This document shows, piece after piece, positions 53,469 to 64,000 of a stretch of DNA of 64,000 nt. A program made the translations under genes and the position numbers. The number at the start of each line of letters is the position of its first letter. Position 1 is the first letter of the stretch. The stretch is from the human T2T-CHM13v2.0 reference genome, Homo sapiens. The stretch lies in NCBI RefSeq assembly GCF_009914755.1, contig NC_060938.1; one strand, written 5' to 3'. The notes beneath the pieces were generated by a model. It had not been told where the DNA came from and did not search any database. It saw nothing but the letters and a program-made list of their open reading frames with translations.

Positions 53469-53935
53469 CCCTTTTCCTGTTTTCCTTGAGACGACTTGCC
53501 GGTGGCTGCAGCGTTTACTCCAAGATAACTTTGCCACAAAATATCTCGCTTTTATTATTATTTTCACATCGCTCTACTATATCAACTTTGGAAACAAGAG
53601 ACACCATTCTATTGATAGCATTCTGTTTTTAGTAGTGGTATTTTCGTTTACAAAAATGTAATAATTCTCCATCGCTGAAAATGTCAAATCCTAGAAAACG
53701 TAGCATTCCTACAACGAGCAGTTGTTGGCCAATGATTCATTTGATGAATTTGATTTTTCTGAAACGGATGATTCTGATGTTAGTTCTGTTTAGAAGTAAC
53801 CCCAAGAACAGTTTTTATATTTTATTTTCACATTGAAAATCAGTCGGATTGGCTTTAGCCTCAAAGAATGTGTTTATGTAAAATTAAATGAGTGCTGGTA
53901 GCGAGCTGCATTTTTTTTTCTAAATGGAAAAAGCA
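53469..53935 (+). mobile_element. MER75 piggyBac-family non-autonomous DNA transposon
   Basis: TTAA (53465-53468) and TTAA (53936-53939) flank CCCTTTTCC.. and ..GGAAAAAGCA termini. Internal ATGTCAAATCCTAGAAAACGTAGCATTCCT encodes MSNPRKRSIP. Confidence 0.88.
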
Positions 53936-56900
53936 TTAAACTTTGGTTTTCTCGTCTCTAAAACAGGGGAAACAATTTCACCTAAGTCTTAGGTTTACTA
54001 AGAGAAGCACCAATTATCTCATGTACAGCATTTAATACTATGCCCAAGTTAAGGATCAAACTCAAAAAATTTTAGCTGAGTAAAATAAATAACAATGCAA
54101 GATTAAAATGTCAATCCATTAATCTGATTAAGAAAATTTCTGTTACTGACTTAGAAATAATGAGAAACCTTTAGTTTTCCAGTTATTCTAGGTTCCTCAT
54201 TCATTCAAAAATAGCTTGGTATAAAATGGTTCCAGACAAGTAATTCTGATGCTTCTCATGAGACTTCTCAAAGCTTGAGGTATTTATTCTTTATAAAAGA
54301 TGCTCTGTTCTAAGCCAATGTGTATGTATTAATTAGATGGTGGAGACTTCAAAATAAGAGGAGGTATTTCTTTTTTTTCCTGCCAAGAACATGCTAAGGA
54401 AACCTAACGTATATACACATACACACCACAAATGAACTGAGAGTGACTGACGCGGGGGGCATAAAGGAAAGCATTGCCAGGACATTCTCACTGTTTATTT
54501 TCCAGGCCATGTTCCTATTAGCTAAGTGATGCCCACAACACAGGCAATACAGCCTTCCCAAGCACAAACAGTTTTTCCAACAAAGAACTCCAATCACAGA
54601 GAGGAGTCTGACTCAATACTTGCCAGACGCCTGAGTAAGGGCTGTTCCCTAAGCTTGGCAGTGTTTTCAAACACACTCAAGGGCCAGATGGCTATTGGTC
54701 TGATTCACAGGAATGTGGTATAGTTACCAATAATGTGTCCAATTTTTAATTCCCACGCAGATAGTTCATCTTGAGGGGAGATTAAACATAGCTAGATAAG
54801 ATGGCAGTGAACCAGAACTTCAAAGCTATGTGTTATTGAGAGGTTGCAGTTTGAACTAGTTGTAGAGAAGTTTCTTCTGTAGCCTTTAGAATTACAGATT
54901 TGTAGCATGTGATAGCCAGAGAGAATGTTGGAGGCCATCTCACGTAGCATTCTCCTTTTATAGAGAGAACAGAACCCAAGAGGTTATGTGATTCAAGATG
55001 GAAATCTGGGGTAGAAGCCGGAAATCTCAACTCCTCCCCAGTTCTGAACATTTTTCAGTAATTATGATAACATGTTCAGCAGTTGTTTCAGTAGCCTTAT
55101 AACATAATCATTAACAAATTCTAGAGAATAAAGGAGTTAAGCTTCAATATTATTCTAGTCATGTTTCACAGCCCTGTTATTCTTTGTTGCCATAACTGGT
55201 TTTGTCTGTCCCCTCCTCTACTCTGTGACGTCCCCAGGAGAATGAGTGTCTTTTGTTTTTCTCTTTATCCTCATGAACTAAATAAATGTTTCTTGAATGA
55301 ATAAATGAATAGATATAGACCTGTCTGTGAAATTCCCTTTACAGGGCACTTCACACATAGTAAAACTCAGGTAAACTCATACTTACTTACTAGGATGATA
55401 ATGAAAGTAAGTCCATGGAACAAAACACACACTTCCTATTCACTGGCAATAAAAGAGAATTTATATTGCGAATGAACAGTTAATAACTAAATGAAACTAC
55501 CAAGTAGAAGACGTGTTAAATAAATGGAGACGCTAAAATGGAGCACAATGACAAATGCATGTGGTGCTGAAGAAGGTGCTTTCAGGACGATAAAAAGATC
55601 CAATTTCTAACCTCTGTAGGCACCATCATGGAGCAACACAACAGCTGTTATTATTTTAGTCTTGCATTGTTATTTACTCAGAGCAAATCTTCAAACAAGT
55701 AAATAAAAGAAATATTATGCTAAAATCAAATTAGTAAAAGAGGTAGGGATATTATATGCTAATTTCAAGTATATTGCAAGAGATCATATTAATAGATGGA
55801 AGAATTAGTACTGAGACAGACTGCTTTTATCCATAGCCAGGAAAGGCTTCAAAGAAAAGATGGAGTTTTAGGTGAAATCCATTAAACTGAAAACAGCAAA
55901 CTGATGGATTGCTCAACCTTACATCGAAAGGCAGTGATAAGTAAATATAAAATTTGGGGTTCTTAATTTTGAACCCAGAGCTCAGTTCACTGAGTATTGT
56001 ACATTGAAGCTACAGTTTAGCACATTAAAAAAGCAATATATTGATAAGGATTCTTCTTACTACATGTGACCGAAACACAACTAGTTTAGGCAAAAGGAGA
56101 AAAGCATTAGCCAGAGATAATTCTGGATATTTAGAGAGACACTGTTTGATTAAGAGAACTCCTTTCTCTCCAATGCCTGGCTCTGGCAACTAAAGACTAT
56201 TGTTTCTACTTATGCTCTTTTAGAAAGTTTGTTTTGAAAGTCAACGTTGGACAATTTCTTTGTTGTTCTTGGCTGTATCTTTCCTTCCTCTGAAGTGCTG
56301 GATGCCTCAGCTTCCATGTATGAAACAAGAATTTTAGAAAATGAAAATACATCTGGTAATATTTCAGAAATATTATCTTATTATGTTGATTTGTGGCAGA
56401 CTTGGGTTTCTGCTGACATTTGCAAGCCCAAATGGAATAGGAACACTCTGCTAGCAGTAATTAATATTACTTATAAGATATGAATATTTTCAGTGACTTC
56501 AACATAAATTAATAGTGCATTTAAACTACTAAATCTTTATCCTCTTCCACCTGATTCCAGTGGAGGTTGAATTTATCTGTATTTTCCCTTCAGGCATACG
56601 AAGCAATTGCCAACTTTAAGAGTTTTTAGGTAGTGGGCAATTTCAACAATTTCCTAGCAGATTTTTGCAGGTCTACAGTGTAGGGTAGAAACTTCTGGGT
56701 TGAAATATACATGTCAATAATCCCTTGACTGACCCCCTACTTTCTACTATGATGTCCACTGTAAAGGCACACACTGTCTCCCTATGAACCACTGTTCCCC
56801 TCACTACACACAAACTCAAAATAGCTTTAAACCTAAGCTGCACCTTATCTATTGCCAGTTTCTGGGATAATTTTCTATTTTCTAAGACAAATGGAGCTGA

Positions 56901-58099
56901 AGTGATGTTGACATCTATTTTGCCACCTGAAACTTAACTAACCCATCATCATCCCTTTCTTATTCCTTTGCTTGCCTTCTGATTGGGGTCTTTATAGTCC
57001 TATCTGAGTACTGTCTCCACGTCCCAACCCTTATTTTCTCCTTCCTCATTAGTACCTCTTTTTCAACATTCGTTTGGATACTGAAACTTCCAGAAAACAA
57101 CAGGACAAGATATCAGCATTTGGGTGGGGAGGTGGCAAACAGTTTTACTTTGTATTACTGGAGATAGAGTACCAATATATAAAAATCCTGTGGGTGGGAG
57201 CAAAAAGAAGAACAGCCCGAATACTCCAATGGTTCACCAAATCAGATAGTCAAATAGCAGGAATAGGATTAATGATTTCACTGAAATCCAGCAGAGCCAT
57301 AATAGCAGAATATCTCTAAACCCTGGAAATCAAGTTAGATGCTAATATATCATTATACCCTCCAATTGTAGTAAGCTGTGTTAGAGCTAAGCCATAACCC
57401 CTGTGTGTTGGCAAACATTGGGACTAGATAGATCTTTTCTCTTTCCACGAGGAGTAAACTGAAAAATAATAACAGACTTCAACAACAGCTGGGATGTTGC
57501 TCAACATGTAAAATTATGTTGGAATACAAGAGATATTACATAATTGTTAAAATTCAGAGGAATGACAGTCTCTTCAAATGATGAATTCCTGGTGTCAGAA
57601 AAAAGTTTAGAAAAAGTTAGTGTCCACAGTAACATATGTGACGATATGGCATCTATAAAATAGGAATGAAAAGCTATAAAAAGCGAAAAAGTTACAGAGA
57701 AAAGATGACCAGATGAGCTCAAAAGCCACTATTTCAAGGTGAAGCTGAAGCTGAATGCAATGAAAAAAGATTACACAGCAATTAAAAATACAAAACAGAA
57801 TTAAAATCAACATCAGAAACAGCAGAAGGTTAATATAAAATCAGTAACAGAGAGTAGCAATATGAAAGCAAATTTAATGACTTCTTCCATAATGCAGAGG
57901 CAAAAATTAATTAGAGTTTTAAATATCATGAAAAAGAATATTTACAGAGGCCATGCAGTGGAGAAAAATGTTTAAAGTGTAAAGATTTATGAAGGATAAA
58001 CAATTGTCACAGAAGAGATACTAAAAGAAATCACTGAAGAAAATACTTCTCAGCATACAGATTAAAGGCTCACTGTGTTTGAGGAAAAGTTGACAAATT

Positions 58100-61000
58100 A
58101 CCAAGCCACCACTACAAGGACTTCTAAAAGGAGCTCTAAATCTTGAAACAAATCCTGGAAACACATCAAACAGAACCTCTTTAAAGCAAAAATCACACAG
58201 GACCTATAAAACAAAAATACAAGTTAAAAAAAAAACAAAAAAAATCAGTGTACACAGGCAACAAAGAACATGATGAAAGCAATGGTACCTGCAAATAATC
58301 TCACTAAGAAACAAAAGGGGAGATATTACAACTGACCCCATTGAAATACAAAAGATCATTCAAGGCTACCATGAACACCTTTATGCACATAAACTAGAAT
58401 ATCTAGAAGAGATGGATAAATTCTTGGAAAAATACAACCTTCCTAGCTTAATTCAGGAAGAATGAGATACCACGAACAGACCAATAACAAGCAGTGAGAT
58501 TGAAATGGTAATTTAAAAATTACCAACACAAAAAAGTCCAGGACCAGATGGATTCACAGCAGAATTCTACCAGACATTCAAAGAAGAATTGGTACCAATC
58601 CTTTTGACACTATTCCACAAGATAGAGAAAGAAGAAACCCTCCCTAATTCATTCTATGAAGCCACCCTAATACCCAAACCAGGAAAGGACACAACCAAAA
58701 AATAAAACTACAGACCGATATCCTTGATGAATGTAGATGCTAAAATCCTTAACAAAATACTAGCTAACCAAACCCAACAAGATAATATCAAAAAGATCAT
58801 CCACCATGATCGAGTGGATTTCATACCAGGAATGCAGGGATGGTTTAACATATGCAAGTCAATAAATGTGATATACCACATAAACAGAATCAAAAGCAAA
58901 AATCACATTATCATCTCAATAGATGCAGAAAAAGCATTTGACAAAATCCAGTGTTGCTTGATGATTAAAACTCTCAGCAAAATCGGCATACAAGGGACAT
59001 ATCTTAAGGTAATAAAAACCATCTATTAAAAACCACAGCCAACATAATACTGCATGGAGAAAAGTTGAAAGCATTCCCTCTGAGAGCTGAACGAGACAAG
59101 GATGCCCACTCTCACCACTCCTCTTCAACATAGTACTGGAACTCCTAGCCAGAGCAATCAGACAAGAGAAAGAAATAAAGGGCATCCAAATTGGTAAAGA
59201 GGAAGTCAAACTATCACTGTTTGCTGACAATATGATTGTTTACCTTGAAAACTCTAAGGACTCCTCTAGAAAGCTCCTAGAACTGATAAAAGAATTCAGC
59301 AAAGTTTCCAGATACAAGATCAATGTACACAAATCACTAGCTCCTCTATACACCAACAGCAACCAAGCAGAGACCAAATCAAGAACTCAACCCGTTTTAC
59401 AATAGTTGTAAAAAAAGTACTTAGGACTATACCTAACAAAGGAGTCAAAAGACCTCTGCAAGGAAAACTACAAAACACTACTGAAAGAAACCATAGATGA
59501 CACAAACAAATGGAAACACATCTCATGCTCATGGATGGGTAGAATCAATATTGTGAAAATGACCATACTGCTAAAGCAGTCTACAAATTCAATGCAGTCC
59601 CTGTCAGAATGCCATCATCATTCTTCACAGAATTAGAAAAAAACAATTCTAAAATTCATATGGAACCAAAAAAGAGCTCACATAGCCAAAGCAAGACTAA
59701 GCAAAAAGAACAAATCTGGAGGCATCACACTACCTGATTTCAAACTATACCATAAGGCCATAATCATCAAAACAGCATGGTACTGGTATAAAAATAGGCA
59801 CATAGACCAATGGAACAGAATAGAGAACCCAGAAATAAATCCAGTGCTTACAGCCAACTGATCTTCGACAAAGCAAACAAAAGCATAAAGTGGGGAAAGG
59901 GAACCCTTTTCAACAAATGGTTCTGGGATAGTTGACTAGCCACACATAGGAGAATGAAACTGGATCCTCATCTCTCACCTTATACAAAAATCAACTCAAG
60001 ATAGATTAAGGACTTAAACCGAAGACCTGAAACTACAAAAATTCTACAAGATAACATTGGAAAAACCCTTGTAGACATTGGCTTCGGCAAGGATTTCATG
60101 ACCAAGAACCCAAAAGCAAATGCAATAAAAACCAAGATAAATAGCCAGGGCCTAATTAAACTAAAGAGCTTTTGCACAGCAAAAGGAACAGTCAGAATAA
60201 CCCAGGAATAACAGGAATAACCCACAGAGTGGGAGAAAATCTTCACAATCTATACATCTGACAAAAGACTAATATCCAGAATCTACAACGAACTCAAATT
60301 AGTAAGAAAAAAAAACAAACAATCCCATCAAAAAGTGGGCTAAGAACATGAATAGACAATTCTCAAAAGAAGATATACATATGGCCAACAAGCATATGAA
60401 AATAATGCTCAACATCACTAACGATGAGAGAAATGCAAATCAAAACCACAATGTGATACCACCTTACTTCTGCGAGAATGGTCATAATCAAAAAATCAAA
60501 AAACAGTAGATGCTGGCATGGATGTGGTGAATAGGGAACACTTCTACACTGCTGGTGGGAATGTAAACTAGTACAGCCACTATGGAAAACGGTGTGGAGA
60601 TTCCTTAAAGAACTAAAAGTGGAATTACCATTTCATCCAGCAATCTTACTACTGGGTATCTGTCCAGAGGAAAAGAAGTCATTATTTGAAAAAGATATTT
60701 GCACACGCATGTTTATAGCAGCACAGTTCACAATTGCAAAATCGTGGAACCAACCCAAATGCCCATCAATCAGCGAGTGGATAAATAAACTGTTGTGTGT
60801 GTATATATATATATATATATAATATATACTATGGAATACTATGCAGCGATAAAAGTGAATGAATTAACAGCATTTGCAGTGACCTGGAGGAGATTGGAGA
60901 CTATTATTCTACGTGATATAACTCAGGAATGGAAAACCAAACGTTGTATGTTCTCACTGATATGTGGGAGCTAAGCTATAAAGGTGCAAAGGCATAAGAA

Positions 61001-61183
61001 TGATACAATGAACTTTGGGGATTTGGAGGGAAGAATGGGAGGGGGCGAGGGTTAAAAGACAATAAATATGGTGCAGTGTATACTCCTTGGGTAATGGGTG
61101 CACCAATATCTCACAAATAACCCCTAAAGAACTTACTCATGTAACCAAATACCACCTGTACCCAAATAACTTATGAAAAAAAA
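58100..61183 (+). mobile_element. L1PB-type LINE with internal deletion (ORF1 end joined to ORF2 RT region through the 3' UTR)
   Basis: RT peptides ([46 protein letters not shown]) with stops and frameshifts; 3' end GTAACCAAATACCACCTGTACCC followed by an A-run. Confidence 0.92.
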
Positions 61184-61544
61184 TGCAAATAATATCGGCA
61201 ATGAATACTGAAATTAGTTAAACACAAAAGTATAAATGAATGGCAGAAATATGGTTATAAGACTGAATAAAAATATAAAAAATATTTTTAAATTTAAATT
61301 TAAAAAATAGAATTGGGGTACAAATGTAGTTTTGTATACTGATATGTAGTGGTGAAGTCTGGGCTGTTAATGTACTCATCATCCAAGTGGTATATATTGT
61401 ACCCTTAGTTAGTATTTCATTCCTCACCCCCACTCCCATTCTTCCACCTTTAAAAATTATTCTTAAAAAAGAAAATATAAACTGTTAATAAACAATGTTT
61501 AAAGCAAAGACTCTAGCTCTGTATTATTTTTTTTTTAAATTATT

Positions 61545-61820
<276 letters not shown>

Positions 61821-64000
61821 CTTGTATTATTCTTTAAAATTGTTTTTGGAAACAACGTTTAAGAATCGCTGTGGATAGTTAAGAGAATGGATATATGACT
61901 CATTCAAGACAATGGAGTATCAAAGCTAGTAGAAGACAAGTTAAATGACAGATCCTCATCTTCTCTTAGTTCTATGGGCTTCAGCCATCTCAAAAACCTT
62001 CCTAGAGCTTTTATATCTTAATATGCCTCAGAAAACTCTTCTTTCTTCATCACTTCACTTTTGTACCAGCGAAAAATGGCATCAGGTTCAGATGAGTCCT
62101 CAGTGACAGGTGAGGTATTGCTTATATGTACATAGCTATCAGTAACTTTGATAACATCTCCCAGGGGAGTGATAGTGGGAGGCTGACTGATAATTGAGCA
62201 TGACTTCCAAGTTAGTGAGGCACCAACCTATAAGCTGCGTGCTGCACTTGGTCTTGACGTGGCAAAAGCAGCATGGGCATTATTGAGAATCAGATAACTC
62301 AGCACAACAAACAGCAAAAAAATGTGTTTACTATGATGAAGGTGACATTTAACCAACCTATTTGGCGTCTTATTCATTAGTAAACTCTGCTATAGCCAAT
62401 TGCTTTGACAGAATTTCCCAGTAGTTGTTACTGCAGCATATATGGGGAGAGGGAGATGAATATGGGGATTGATTTGGAATTCTGTCTGTTCAATATTCAG
62501 AGTATTATCCAATTTGAGAAATAAGGGATGGCACACCCAGTCTTGCTAACTAGGCTGGGCCTTTAACTGGTCTTTCTAAAAAGCAGAGGCTGAGTTAAGG
62601 ATTAAAAGTCTTTTTCATTGGAGAAACACAAGACAAGCGCAGTGAGATTGAGGAAAAAGTGGAGTGAGGCAAGGGAAGAGGCAAGGAGAAGCAGTGGAGA
62701 CCCCTTCTTGAAGAGTCAGAGGAGATATGCGAGGTCACATGGTGGAAGTGTTCGCTTGGCACTCAAATATTGTCTCAGAGGCCAGGGAGGAAGAGCTAAA
62801 TTCTGGAGTAATTCATGAGAGGGAGAAAGGAGGGGGGAATGTATTGGCCCACCTCCTTCCCATTTCCTGGTTTCCATTGGCCGAGTTCACCTGTGGTTCC
62901 CGCATTCATCCTCCTTTGCTACTTAGGAAGTTTAGATACCGTACCGGCAGCGTGTCATTTCATCTTAGTCTAGAAGTAGAGATGCCATTTGGTATGGATA
63001 AGCTTTTGGAGTCAGGCAGCATCTTTGGAAGGAAGGAGACAGTCAAGGGAAACTGAAGAGTGACTACAAGGTTTTCGTCTCATAGAGGCGGTTAAGGTTA
63101 GTGTCATTTGGGTACTTTGTACTGAGGTTTCTGTAATTGATTTTGAAGACAACCTTATAGTTATTTATGAACATATAATCAGAGTGCTTTAGGATGGTGA
63201 TGATGATGGCGTGTTAGGGATGAACTATAATTATGAGAACCTCAGGGACGAGGAATAGAGAATTGCTGCTCTGGCTTCTTATCCTTATCAACATTATCAC
63301 CATTATCAGAACTAGACCTATCACTCAAACTGGAGGACCAAGAAGCTCTGAAGACGTGTACCCAGGTCAGAAATTTTTTGAGTCCAGTCAAGAATAAGAT
63401 AAACGATTTCATTGCAGTAGTACAGTGCCCACAAGCCTAGTTTCTTTCACATCTTCCTTGCTGGAGGTGAGATGCTATAGATGAAAGGGTTTCTAGGTCA
63501 ATTCTATTCCTGCCAATAACCATAAGGCTTTTGGGTTGCATTCTTGTGTTGGCTGGCAATATGTTCCCAACAGGACTACCCTATCTGGATTTTTGATATA
63601 ATGCAGTAATAAATAATAAAATATAAATTTCTAAGCATATATCAAATACAATTTTTTTCTCTGGGCCATAGAACTTCAACTCCTAGTCGGTAATGTAGGT
63701 TTTTTATTTCTGGCACCAGGAGATTTTCCTTTTCTGCTTCTCTGCTGAGCTATGTAGAATTAGCCTTCTTTCCCCTGCAGACATGGCAATTCTAATTTCT
63801 GGGAGTCGGGTGTGTAGTGGTGGTGAGCTTTTCTTCATCTGCTTATTCTGTGGTCTTCATTCAGAAGTCTCTCAAGGCATTCTGTCCTAGCATTTGAAAT
63901 ACAAACTTTACCTTGAATTAAATTCCCACCATATATGCGGGTCTGTTCCTGAAATCTTAACTCTGTGCCAATGATACGTTTGCCTATTCTTGTGCCATTG

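Noticed and set aside
58708-60822. RT-like ORFs
   Set aside because: Fragments of a disabled L1 ORF2.

Overview
Primate, almost certainly human, genomic DNA: AT-rich and dense in Alu, L1, L2, MIR, MaLR and DNA-transposon repeats. The only conventional gene content is the last coding exon of synaptotagmin-16 (SYT16, C2B domain, 11616-11929, + strand), probably followed by a very long 3' UTR reaching about 23.77 kb. Downstream, a CpG-island promoter (about 28.0-28.9 kb) appears to drive a + strand unit ending near 45.4 kb; from recall this is the position of the lncRNA LINC00643. The main observation is that this unit contains two spliceable, open exons: 39018-39133 (missed by the ORF track) and 39244-39618. 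They encode a SERTAD4 paralogue, with a TTSKxxYFKRKYxEEED motif and a SERTA domain. SERTAD4 lies beside SYT14 (recalled), so this is probably its duplicate beside SYT16. It is either a hidden coding gene (an ATG in the CpG-island exon can splice in frame to give 167 aa) or a decaying unitary pseudogene that became a lncRNA. The rest is repeat-rich intergenic DNA, including a full-length THE1 element, a piggyBac MER75 and a large L1PB. All homology and synteny comparisons are from memory and need database confirmation.
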